Origin: Gammaproteobacteria bacterium
GTDB taxonomy: Bacteria > Pseudomonadota > Gammaproteobacteria > HK1
Length of the DNA: 64,000 nt
Reading direction: 5' to 3'
Assembly: GCA_965220535.1 (NCBI GenBank)
Contig: OZ244833.1
Span: forward strand, 1,039,440-1,103,439
Part shown: one piece after another, positions 50,559 through 60,045 of the stretch
Numbering within the stretch: the first letter of the stretch is position 1
How the letters are laid out: every line of letters starts with the position of its first letter
Made by a program: the position numbers and the translations under genes
Notes under the pieces: model-generated
The model's input: only the letters and a program-made list of their open reading frames with translations
The model's database searches: none
Told to the model about the DNA's origin: nothing

Positions 50559-53447
50559 ATGCTTCTACGCGGTTATCAGAAGGAGATTCTGAAAGCCATC
50601 CATACCGGTTTGGAGCGACACCGCTCCATCCTGGTGCAACTGCCGTCGGGCGCAGGCAAGACGGTCATCGCCTGCGAGCATATTCGCCGAAGCCTTGGCG
50701 CCGGGAGCGGGAATCGACAAAGGTCAAAGCAAGTATGGGTGCTGGTGCATCGCACCGAGCTGGTCAATCAGTTTTACCGAACGCTGCTCGAAATGGGAGT
50801 CCCGCCCGAGGAGATCGGCGTGATGCAGTCAGGTTGGGACGAAATCACCGACGAAATGATAATGGACCGGGATTGGGAGAGCGATCATCTGAAAGAGCAA
50901 AGAGATCTATTTCGCAAAAAAATGAACTCGCTGGGGGTTCCGCGCGAGAAGATCAGCGTGGTGGAGGCAGGTATCAACGATATCGTCGCCGGTGAAAGAC
51001 CGATATGGATATGCGGTATCAACACGCTGGTAAGACGGTACGGCGAATCGTTCGGGGTGACAATGCGGCGCAGAGGGCCGAGGCACGACTATTCGCCCCC
51101 GGGGATTCTGAAAAATATGCCTGATACGCTGATTGTCGACGAGGCGCATCATTCCCCCGCGACCAAGACATTTCTCCCGGTGATCAAGAGGGTGATGAAA
51201 TCCGCCCGCTCTCGCTTGATCGGCCTTAGCGCCACTCCCGCCCGAACCGACGGGGTGGGCTTGGGGGATATCTACGATCACATCATCTGCGGGATTTCGA
51301 TGGGAGAGTTGATAAAGCGAGGGCATTTGGCGCCTTATCGTGCGTTCACCCTGCCATCCGATCTGGCGCTGGACAGACTGAAACAACGCGCCGGCGATTA
51401 TGTGCGCGGCGGACTCGAAAATCTTGTAAAGCCGGTAAGTGCCAAGGTCGTCGATCAGTGGATGCGATATGGCGAGAAGCGACAAACCCTGGTATTCGCG
51501 GTCGGCAAAGCGCACGCCAAAGTGCTGTTCGACGAGTTCAAGAAAAGGGGGGTGCGGACCGGTTATGTCGACGGGGAGATTCCGAAGGCGGAGCGAGAGG
51601 AGGAGATCGAGAAATTTCGACGACGCCTGATAACCTGCTTGGTCAGCATCGACGTGCTAGGAGAAGGCTTCGATGCGCCTGAATGTTCGGTGGTCGTTTT
51701 GGCCAGGCCGACCATGAGCCTCATCGTTCACTTTCAGCAAATCGGCCGCGCCCTCCGTCCGAAATCCGACAAGAGCGATGCTTTGATACTGGATATGGTG
51801 GGCAATATCCACCGACATGGGCTGCCCGATACACCGCGGGAGTGGACGCTTGAAGGGACCTCGATAGGCGAAGCGGACGTGACGGATGTGATGGCCGTGC
51901 ACGTGCAGTGCAATCGCTGTTTTGCTTGGTATGAGCGATCCGCCTCGCGCTGTCCGCATTGCCGTGATGCGGCACCGAAAAGGCAGCGCGAACCGATCGA
52001 GGAGGTCGACGTCTCGCTTGTCGAGATGACCGGAGGTAGGGCGCTTCCCTCGACAAGGCAAATCGAGAACATCCTTCGCCTTGGAGAGATCCTGCTTGCC
52101 TCTCGGATCAAAAGAGCGCAACGACTACAACGTAAGATATTCGAAGAACCGCAAGAAATTCGTACGGATTCACGGCCGATAAGCCTCGAAGAGGAACTCC
52201 GGTTCGAAGAGGATTTCAGAAAAGAAAGGGGAAAACACGGCGCGGCCGGATTTCGCAAAGCGGTCTTCGATCATCAAGAAAAGCACTTGGGTGCCGACCT
52301 CGATCTCATGAGGATCGTCTTTCACCACGCCGATGCGATGCGTGAATTGGCCAAAAGATTCAACGACGCAGTGGATGCCTTCGATAGGAAAGACAATCAC
52401 GAAGACAATTCGATCGCAAGACTTTTTGGCGTCCTAAACTTCGATGTGAAAGATATCCATCCGTTCAAAAATTATCGACAGCTTCTTGATTGGGCGCTGG
52501 CGGTGGAAGGCATCTCGATTTACGATGAGTATGGAAATATTTTCCTGCGAGGGGCGATCAAAAAATTCAAGGAAGAAACGGGGTCGCTCAAAGGACTGCC
52601 AAGACCCAAGATCATCGAGGAGCTGCACGAGGCGGAATGGAAGATCCATAAAGAGATTTCAAAAGCGCTGGATGATTTGCACCCGGAGGATTGCTTCGAA
52701 AACGGCGATGACGACATTCCGGCATCGGTCCTGAAAATCAAGCCGACCTCGGAGATTAGGGAGTTGACGCAAAAATCGACGTATCTTCATTACCCTGCCG
52801 ACGAAAACGCCGACGCTCTGGTTTCGAACGCCTATTTTCTTCTCCCCCACACCGAGTCGCTTGATTCGGCACCCGGATCGCTTCCCGAAAAAGGTGCGCG
52901 CAAGATACCGGATTACCTGCGCACCGCCTTGCAGCGAGCCGTCGGGCTGAAGTTTTTAGGAAACGCCCTTCCCGAATCGCAAGTTCGGCTGTCGACATGG
53001 ATGGAAGAACGACTCGGTGCAGTCAGTTCGAGCGGATTACCGGCGGGCCTTGCAGCCTTCGGCTCCGATGGAGAAGATCCGTTGCCTGACATTCCCCTCT
53101 CGGCGAACCCGGAGGCGGCCTACATGGAGATTCTCGAAGCCCCGGAGATTCGATACGCAACGCCGGTGCCAATCGAAGATAACGACGGTGCACTTTATCT
53201 TTACGATGAGAACGGCAATTACCGCGCCGAGATTTCCTTTTACGACGACAATGAGACTGAGATCTTCATCATCGATAGGCAAGGGTATCCGCACAAATTC
53301 GTGGTCGACTCCGGCGAATCCCAGTTAGTTGAAAAAGGTGGAAAGGGATCGAGTAAGACCGGGGAACAAATCGAGAAAAGGCTCGGGGTGAATCCCTTCG
53401 AAGTCATCAATCAATTCCGCAAGAAATACCTTCATCGGGACGACTGA
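50559..53447 (+). CDS. SF2 (DEAH, RadD/phage-type) helicase with a Zn ribbon and an unrecognised C-terminal region of about 470 aa
   Basis: LRGYQ, QLPSGAGKT, IVDEAHH, GLSATP, DVLGEGFDAP, QQIGRALRP, DMVGNIHRHG and CNRC...CPHC. Confidence 0.85.
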   Translation: MLLRGYQKEILKAIHTGLERHRSILVQLPSGAGKTVIACEHIRRSLGAGSGNRQRSKQVWVLVHRTELVNQFYRTLLEMGVPPEEIGVMQSGWDEITDEMIMDRDWESDHLKEQRDLFRKKMNSLGVPREKISVVEAGINDIVAGERPIWICGINTLVRRYGESFGVTMRRRGPRHDYSPPGILKNMPDTLIVDEAHHSPATKTFLPVIKRVMKSARSRLIGLSATPARTDGVGLGDIYDHIICGISMGELIKRGHLAPYRAFTLPSDLALDRLKQRAGDYVRGGLENLVKPVSAKVVDQWMRYGEKRQTLVFAVGKAHAKVLFDEFKKRGVRTGYVDGEIPKAEREEEIEKFRRRLITCLVSIDVLGEGFDAPECSVVVLARPTMSLIVHFQQIGRALRPKSDKSDALILDMVGNIHRHGLPDTPREWTLEGTSIGEADVTDVMAVHVQCNRCFAWYERSASRCPHCRDAAPKRQREPIEEVDVSLVEMTGGRALPSTRQIENILRLGEILLASRIKRAQRLQRKIFEEPQEIRTDSRPISLEEELRFEEDFRKERGKHGAAGFRKAVFDHQEKHLGADLDLMRIVFHHADAMRELAKRFNDAVDAFDRKDNHEDNSIARLFGVLNFDVKDIHPFKNYRQLLDWALAVEGISIYDEYGNIFLRGAIKKFKEETGSLKGLPRPKIIEELHEAEWKIHKEISKALDDLHPEDCFENGDDDIPASVLKIKPTSEIRELTQKSTYLHYPADENADALVSNAYFLLPHTESLDSAPGSLPEKGARKIPDYLRTALQRAVGLKFLGNALPESQVRLSTWMEERLGAVSSSGLPAGLAAFGSDGEDPLPDIPLSANPEAAYMEILEAPEIRYATPVPIEDNDGALYLYDENGNYRAEISFYDDNETEIFIIDRQGYPHKFVVDSGESQLVEKGGKGSSKTGEQIEKRLGVNPFEVINQFRKKYLHRDD

Positions 53448-53661
53448 CGCAAAGGCAACCCTCGTCGACGGGCGGGTCGCCGCTCGCTTTCGGCAATCAC
53501 GAACACTCCGGCCTTGCCGCCGCTACGAAGCATCGAGTGTGAAAAGATCGAAGGCGGGATAAGATAAGCCGAATCCTCGACTCGATGATCGGCTCGCCTT
53601 CGAAGCGAGGAAGATATTTCCCCGCTCTCTCCCAATCGATAGCTCGGTTCAATCAACCGCA

Positions 53662-55098
53662 ATGACCGAACGCTCCTCACCTCCCGATCGAGGATCCGAG
53701 AGTCCTTCTCCCGAAGGCCCGCTCATGGGGCCGCTAAAGGGTCCGCTCCGGGGGGTGCGTATCGTCGATCTGACCACCATCGTTCTCGGGCCGTCGGCGA
53801 CTCAATCGCTGGGGGATTTAGGGGCGGATGTCATCAAGATCGAGCCGCCGACTTGGGATCCCATGCGCGAAGCCGGGGTTCTGCCGGTGGATGCGAAGAC
53901 GACGCTCGGCGATTTGCATGATCGCGACCGGGCCGAAGGCGAGGGGAAGGGGGATTGCAGCGCGGACGAGTCATCCGATCCTCGTTCGGAAGCGGCGGAT
54001 AGCTCCGGCGATGATTCCTCCCTCGGCACCGCCGACCGGCGCATGGGCACGATCTTCCTCACCAACAATCGCAATAAACGCTCCCTCGTGCTCGACCTCA
54101 AGGATCCTCGCGGATTCGAGGCGATGCGGCGGCTGTTGCAGGGAGCGGATGTCTTCGTGCACAACATGCGGCCCGCGGCGATCGAGCGTCTTGGCCTTGG
54201 ATACGAGGCGGTGCGCGAGATCAATCCCGGCATCATCCATTGCGGGGCCTACGGCTACGCCCGCAAGGGACCCTACGCGCACAAACCGGCCTACGACGAT
54301 TTGATCCAAGCGGTCTCGGGGCTCGCTTTTTTGCAGGCATCGAAGGGCGATCCCGCTTACGTGCACTCGATCGTCGCGGACAAGGTGACGGGGCTCAACG
54401 TGGTGGTGGCGATATTGGCCGCATTGCTGCATCGCGAGCGCAGCGGCGAGGGACAGTCCATCGAGGTGCCGATGTTCGAAAGCATGGTCGGCTTCAATAT
54501 GATCGAACACCTCTACGGACAGACTCATATTCCGGCGCGGGCGAGCGCCGGCTATCCGCGCTCGCTCTCTTCGTGGCGCCGCCCCTACCGAACCGCGGAC
54601 GGTTGGATCGGGGTGATGCCTTATACCGACGCTCAGTGGCAAAGGCTCTTCGAGATCGCCCGGCGACCGGATCTGGCGGCGGATCCTCGCTTCGCTTCGA
54701 TCGCCGATCGCTTGGCGCATATCGACGAGGTCTACGAAACCCTGGCCGAGATCGTCGCCGAGCGTACGACCGCCGCATGGCTCGAGGCCCTCGACGCCGC
54801 CGATATCCCCTCGACGCCGGTAAAGCGCCCGGACGAGCTGATCGACGACCCACATTTGAAGGCGACGGGCTTTTGGCAGCAGGTAGAGCATCCGGCGCTC
54901 GGCTCGCTGCGCATGCCCGGCGCTTCGATGAATTTTTCTCGCACCCCTTTCGCGATCCGAAGGCCGCCGCCGCTGCCGGGCGAACATAGCGCCGAGGTGC
55001 TCGGCGAAATCGGCTACACGGAAACGGAATTCGAGAGCCTCGTCGAAGATGGGATCTCTTTCGACGGCCTGCGAGAGCGAAAAAAGTCGCCGCGATAG
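53662..55098 (+). CDS. CaiB/BaiF family CoA-transferase with a 55-aa acidic insertion
   Basis: LRGVRIVDLTT, LGADVIKIEP, NRNKRSLVLDLK, PAYDDLIQA and PPPLPGEHS. Confidence 0.92.
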   Translation: MTERSSPPDRGSESPSPEGPLMGPLKGPLRGVRIVDLTTIVLGPSATQSLGDLGADVIKIEPPTWDPMREAGVLPVDAKTTLGDLHDRDRAEGEGKGDCSADESSDPRSEAADSSGDDSSLGTADRRMGTIFLTNNRNKRSLVLDLKDPRGFEAMRRLLQGADVFVHNMRPAAIERLGLGYEAVREINPGIIHCGAYGYARKGPYAHKPAYDDLIQAVSGLAFLQASKGDPAYVHSIVADKVTGLNVVVAILAALLHRERSGEGQSIEVPMFESMVGFNMIEHLYGQTHIPARASAGYPRSLSSWRRPYRTADGWIGVMPYTDAQWQRLFEIARRPDLAADPRFASIADRLAHIDEVYETLAEIVAERTTAAWLEALDAADIPSTPVKRPDELIDDPHLKATGFWQQVEHPALGSLRMPGASMNFSRTPFAIRRPPPLPGEHSAEVLGEIGYTETEFESLVEDGISFDGLRERKKSPR

Positions 55099-55116
55099 CA
55101 GCGATAGAGGAGCGGT

Positions 55117-55968
55117 ATGAACTACGAACGAATGATGGCCTTGTCGATCCCGCAAGCAAGACAGGAGCTGAGCGACGAAGCCTGCATCCTCTACGCCTTG
55201 GGCACCGGCTTCGGGCGGGATCCGATGCACGAGGGGCAACTGCGCTATGTCTACGAGGAGCGGCTAAGGGTGCTGCCGACGATGGCCAACGTCCTCGCCC
55301 ATCCCGGTTTTTGGTTGAAAAACCCCGAGGTCGGGGTCGATTGGAAAAAGGTGCTGCATCTGGCGCAGGCCTTCACCATCCATCGTCCGATCGAGCGGGG
55401 ACAACGCCTGATCGGACGCAGCCGCATCACCGGGATCAATGACAAAGGTTCTGACAAAGGCGCGATTTTATTCACTTGCCGGGAGGTGGAGGAGGAGGGC
55501 TCGGGGGATTCGCTTTGCACCTTGGAACAAACGGTGATGCTGCGCGGGGACGGCGGGGGCGGCGGAGACGATCCGCCGCCGCGACCTCTCCATCGCCTGC
55601 CGGATCGCCCTTTCGATCTTCATCACGACCTGGCGCTCCCCCTCGATGCCGCGCTGATCTACCGCTTGAGCGGGGATCGAAATCCCCTTCATATCGATCC
55701 GGCGGTGGCGCGGGAGGCGGGCTTCGAACGCCCGATCCTGCACGGGATGTGCACGGTGGGCTATGCCGGCCACTCGCTGATGGCCGCGCTTTGCGATTAC
55801 GAAGGCGATCGCATCCGATCGATGCAGGTGCGCTTCACCGCTCCGGTCTGGCCGGGGGAGACCCTGCGCACCGAGATGTGGCCGCAAGAGCGCGGGGTTT
55901 CGTTTCGCACCCGCAGCTTGGAGCGTGATGCCATCGTGCTCGACAACGGATATGCCGATCTCGATTGA
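55117..55968 (+). CDS. MaoC/hydratase-2 type (R)-specific enoyl-CoA hydratase
   Basis: LYALGTG, YRLSGDRNPLHIDP, PILHGMCT and RFTAPVWPGETL. Confidence 0.88.
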   Translation: MNYERMMALSIPQARQELSDEACILYALGTGFGRDPMHEGQLRYVYEERLRVLPTMANVLAHPGFWLKNPEVGVDWKKVLHLAQAFTIHRPIERGQRLIGRSRITGINDKGSDKGAILFTCREVEEEGSGDSLCTLEQTVMLRGDGGGGGDDPPPRPLHRLPDRPFDLHHDLALPLDAALIYRLSGDRNPLHIDPAVAREAGFERPILHGMCTVGYAGHSLMAALCDYEGDRIRSMQVRFTAPVWPGETLRTEMWPQERGVSFRTRSLERDAIVLDNGYADLD

Positions 55969-56204
55969 GCCCTCGAACGAGGCTCGCTCTCATCGATCGA
56001 TCCGGCAAGCGACCCAATCCCCCTTCGCTTCGATCTTTCGAAGATTCCTCGATGCCCGCCGGGGGCTTCGATCCCCTCTTCGCTCCCCTCTTCGCATCCC
56101 TCTTCGGACTCCGATTGCGAAGCGAGTCGACACCGGGACTTGACCGCCTCCGACAAACCCGCCATCCCTTCGGATCTCGCCTCGTTCGCATCGAACAAGG
56201 CAGC

Positions 56205-57190
56205 GATTCCGACGACGACTTCGAATGCCAAGCGATCGAGCCCGTCATTTCGATGCCCGATCCCGAGTCTTCGTTTCCCGCGAAGGGGAAAGTAAAGAAC
56301 AAGGGTCGAAAAAAGAGATCGCCGAGAAAGCGGGGGAAACGCACCGACACGGCCTTGAACAAGGTAAAAAATCCGACGACTTCGCATGCCAAGCGATCGA
56401 GCCCGTCATTTCGATGCCCGATCCCGAGTCTTGGTTCCCCGCGAAGGGGAAAGCAAGAACAAGGCTCGAAAAAAGAGATCGCCGAGAAAGCGGGGGAAAC
56501 GCACCGACACGGCCTTGAACAAGGTAAAGATTCCGACGACGACTTCGAATGCCAAGCGATCGAGCCCGTCATTTCGATGCCCGATCCCGAGTCTTCGTTT
56601 CCCGCGAAGGGGAAAGTAAAGAACAAGGGTCGAAAAAAGAGATCGCCGAGAAAGCGGGGGAAACGCACCGACACGGCCTTGAACAAGGTAAAAAATCCGA
56701 CGACTTCGCATGCCAAGCGATCGAGCCCGTCATGTCGATGCCCGATCCCGAGCCTTCGTTCCCCGCGAAGGGGAAAGCAAAGAACAAGGCTCAAAAAAAA
56801 GAGATCGCCGAGAGAGCGGGGGAAACGCACCGACACGGCCTTGGGCCGAGCGAGGAGATAGCGAGGGAATAGCGAGGGAGGAGCCTTGCGAATCTTTTTC
56901 CATTCTGCCGAGCCGGCCGAGCGTTTCGATGACTTCGTATTTAGGCCCTGAGAGTCGAAGCCGCCTTTTCGATCCCGAATCCTCGTTCCCCGCGAACGGG
57001 AAAGAGAAAACGAGGGTCGATGACTTGTGACAAGAGCCGAAAAAAGAGATCGCCCAGAAAGCGGGGGAAAGCGCAGCGGCACGGCCTTGAGCCGAGCGAG
57101 GAAATATCGACGGGGAATCCTTGGCGAATCTTCGAGACCCGGCATCGCCGAAGCGAGCCGGGGCTTCGAAGCCCTCGTTTCAGGCCTTAG
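56205..57190. repeat. Tandem repeat with alternating 161/163-bp units (4 well-conserved copies plus degenerate flanking copies)
   Basis: The anchor TGCCAAGCGATCGAGCCCGTC occurs at 56226, 56387, 56550 and 56711. A degenerate unit lies at about 56970-57100. The array is intergenic between convergent maoC-like and hisF genes. Confidence 0.95.
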
Positions 57191-57193
57191 AGT

Positions 57194-57955
57194 TCATAGC
57201 CGCACCTCGATCCCGCGCGCCGCCATATAGCGCTTCGCATCGACGATACGGTGATCCCCGAAATGAAAGATGCTGGCGGCCAATACCGCATCCGCACCGC
57301 CGGCGATCACCCCTTGCGCCAGATGCTCCAGCTCGCCGACCCCGCCCGAAGCGATGACCGGAATCGGCACCGCATCGCTCACCGCTCGCGTCAGCGCCAG
57401 ATCGAAACCGTCGCGGGTGCCGTCCCGGTCCATGCTCGTCAGCAGGATCTCCCCGGCCCCGAGACTCGCCATCTTGCGGCACCACTGCACCGCATCCAAT
57501 CCGGTGGCCCGCCTCCCGCCGTGGGTGAAAATCTCCCACTGCCCCGGGGAGGCTTTTTTCGCGTCCACCGCGACCACGATGCACTGCGATCCGAAACGGT
57601 CCGCAAGGCGAGAAACGAGATCCGGCTCGCGGATCGCCGCGGTATTGATCGAAACCTTGTCGGCGCCCGCGTTCAGCAAGCGTCGCGCATCGTCGATGCT
57701 GCGCACCCCGCCGCCGACGGTCAGAGGAATGAATACCTGATCCGCGACCGCCTCGACCACCGCGACGATCGTGTCGCGCTCGTCGGAGGAAGCGGTGATA
57801 TCGAGAAAGCAGATCTCGTCCGCTCCCTGCTCGTCGTAGCGGCGGGCAACCGCGACCGGATCTCCCGCATCGCGGATATCGACAAAGCGAACGCCCTTGA
57901 CAACCCTTCCGGCGTCGATATCAAGGCAGGGGATGATGCGTCGGGCCAAAGTCAT
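57194..57955 (-). CDS. hisF: Imidazole glycerol phosphate synthase cyclase subunit
   Basis: [47 protein letters not shown] and LAASIFHFG. Confidence 0.97.
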   Translation of the reverse strand: MTLARRIIPCLDIDAGRVVKGVRFVDIRDAGDPVAVARRYDEQGADEICFLDITASSDERDTIVAVVEAVADQVFIPLTVGGGVRSIDDARRLLNAGADKVSINTAAIREPDLVSRLADRFGSQCIVVAVDAKKASPGQWEIFTHGGRRATGLDAVQWCRKMASLGAGEILLTSMDRDGTRDGFDLALTRAVSDAVPIPVIASGGVGELEHLAQGVIAGGADAVLAASIFHFGDHRIVDAKRYMAARGIEVRL

Positions 57956-58307
57956 GGTTTTCAAAAAGAGGCTTCGAAGGGGCGAAGGGGATCGGCTCGA
58001 AGAGGCGAGCGCTATTGTGCGCGATCATGAAGGCGAGACGATCGGATCCGCCGCGCGGGAAAACGAAAACGCGCGGCGAACGACGAAAGGATCTTCGGCT
58101 TTGCCCCGCTCGCGCCTTGGCTTTTCCGAGCCGTGTTTTTCGCTTCTCGCATTATGATGGTTTTTGTGTCATGATTTGCAATCCGTTCAGGGTCTGTATG
58201 AACATCGACGTGAATATCTGCATCTGCGAATTCGACTCGTCGCTCTCGGATGTGATGTAGCCGAGACGGTAATCAACCGAACCCCTAATCGCATGGGAGA
58301 TTCAACA

Positions 58308-59297
58308 ATGATGATATTGAAAAACACCCTCATCCGATGCATCGCCGCTTCGCTTGCGCTTGGCGGAACCATGCTGACGCTCTCCGGATCGGCATTCGCG
58401 TGGGAACCGAAGAAGCCGGTGGACTTCGTGATCATGGCCGGGAAGGGGGGTGGAGCCGACCGGATGGCCCGCCTGATGCAAAGCATCATCGAGAAAAACG
58501 ACTTCGCATCGAAACCCTTCATCCCGATCAACAAACCCGGCGGCAGCGGTGCCGAAGCCCTGCTGCACCTTAAAAACACCAAGGGGATTGCCAGAGATCA
58601 TACCGTGATGGTGACCCTCAACAGCTTCTACACCACCCCGTTGCGCCAGAAGAATCTGGGCATCGATCCCGTGATGTTCACCCCGGTGGGGCGCATGGCC
58701 GAGGACACCTTCTTGCTGTGGGTGCACAAGGACAGCGGAATCGGCAATATCGAGGATTTCGTCAAAATGGCGAAAGAGAAAGGTCGCGACTGGATCATGG
58801 CGGGTACCGGCAAAGGCCAGGAGGATCAGCTCCTCACCGACTTCCTCAACGGAGCCTACGGTCTGCAAATGAAATACGTGCCCTTCAAAGGCGGCGGTCG
58901 GGTAGCCAAGGAACTGGCGGGACAACACGCCCACTCCACGGTCAACAACCCCTCGGAGCAGCTCGGCTTCTACGAGGCGGGAACCACCATGCCCATCGCC
59001 TCTTTCACCCCGGAGCGGCTGCCGATGTTCAAAGACGCTCCGACCTTCAAAGAGCTCGGCAAGAACTTCTTCTACTTCATGCAGCGTTCGGTGGTCGGCC
59101 CGGAAGCGATGAGCGACGATGCCGAGGAGTACTATCGAGGCGTATTCAAGAAAGTCTACGACTCCCCCGAATGGCAGAAGTACATGACGGACAAAAGCCT
59201 TCAGGGCGAGTTCATCACCGGCGACGAGTTGGTCGCCTACTGGAAGGACAACAACAACCGGCACGAGCTGATCCTCAAAGCGATCGGCGAAATATGA
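58308..59297 (+). CDS. tctC: Tripartite tricarboxylate transporter substrate-binding protein (TctC/Bug)
   Basis: Signal peptide; KPVDFVIMAGKGGGAD, NKPGGSG and YVPFKGGG; first gene before tctB/tctA-like genes. Confidence 0.88.
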   Translation: MMILKNTLIRCIAASLALGGTMLTLSGSAFAWEPKKPVDFVIMAGKGGGADRMARLMQSIIEKNDFASKPFIPINKPGGSGAEALLHLKNTKGIARDHTVMVTLNSFYTTPLRQKNLGIDPVMFTPVGRMAEDTFLLWVHKDSGIGNIEDFVKMAKEKGRDWIMAGTGKGQEDQLLTDFLNGAYGLQMKYVPFKGGGRVAKELAGQHAHSTVNNPSEQLGFYEAGTTMPIASFTPERLPMFKDAPTFKELGKNFFYFMQRSVVGPEAMSDDAEEYYRGVFKKVYDSPEWQKYMTDKSLQGEFITGDELVAYWKDNNNRHELILKAIGEI

Positions 59298-59325
59298 TCG
59301 TCCGCTGTATCTAGGCTATCGAGGC

Positions 59326-59375
59326 GGACCTGCCCTTTTATCCATCGACGGATAAGGGGCAGGTCCCGTTTTTCG
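59326..59375 (+). terminator. Rho-independent terminator or stabilising hairpin after tctC
   Basis: GGACCTGCCCTTTTATCC-ATCGAC-GGATAAGGGGCAGGTCC followed by CGTTTTT. Confidence 0.75.
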
Positions 59376-59518
59376 CAACTGTAAGCCGCCTCTCGAGGAA
59401 GGATTTCGATAGGTATCGACAAAGGTCGGATGACAAAGGTCGGATATTAAAAACCCGTTTCGATGCGCGGATAAGAAAACGCGCTCTTGATGCGAATATC
59501 GAAAAAGGATCTATTTTC

Positions 59519-60028
59519 GTGCGCCGAATGGAACTTATCATGGCCATCGTGATGGGGATATGCTCCATCGGGCTGATGATCAAATCCGCCGAGCTCGAAG
59601 TCGGATGGATTCCGGACGAGGGACCGGGCGGCGGCGCCTTTTCTTTCTGGCTGGCGGCCGGGATGCTGGTCTGCTGTATCTGGATCGCCTTCAACTGGTG
59701 GCAGCGCACTTCGCCGCCGTCGACTTCCATCGAACCCTTCATGGACGCCAAGGCCCTGACTCTCTTCATCATCGCCGGCGGCTCTTTGGCGGTGATGATC
59801 GGCCTGATCCACCTGATCGGCATCTACGGTTCGATACCCCTTTTCTTGATCTTCTATCTGCGGATATTCGGCGGCCATTCCCTCTTGCTGACACTTTCGC
59901 TGGCCCTGATCATTCCGGTAGCGATATTTTTCTTCTTCGAAGTCGCGCTGCGCATCACCCTGCCCAAGGGCTCGATCGAATGGATCGAACGCGTCATTTT
60001 CTTCCCGCTCTACGAAATATTTCTCTAA
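59519..60028 (+). CDS. tctB: TctB family small membrane subunit
   Basis: Four TM segments, GPGGGAFSFWL and FFFFEVALRITLPKG. Confidence 0.85.
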   Translation: MRRMELIMAIVMGICSIGLMIKSAELEVGWIPDEGPGGGAFSFWLAAGMLVCCIWIAFNWWQRTSPPSTSIEPFMDAKALTLFIIAGGSLAVMIGLIHLIGIYGSIPLFLIFYLRIFGGHSLLLTLSLALIIPVAIFFFFEVALRITLPKGSIEWIERVIFFPLYEIFL

Positions 60029-60045
60029 CGAGAGGCGTATAAGCG

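Noticed and set aside
55117-55968. MaoC protein as mesaconyl-C4-CoA hydratase (Meh) partnering Mct
   Set aside because: It carries the hydratase-2 motif YRLSGDxNPLH rather than the Meh-type YSALTFNxHRIH motif.
56205-56850. Possible CRISPR array
   Set aside because: The units are 161-163 bp and conserved along their whole length, with no unique spacers and no cas genes in the window.
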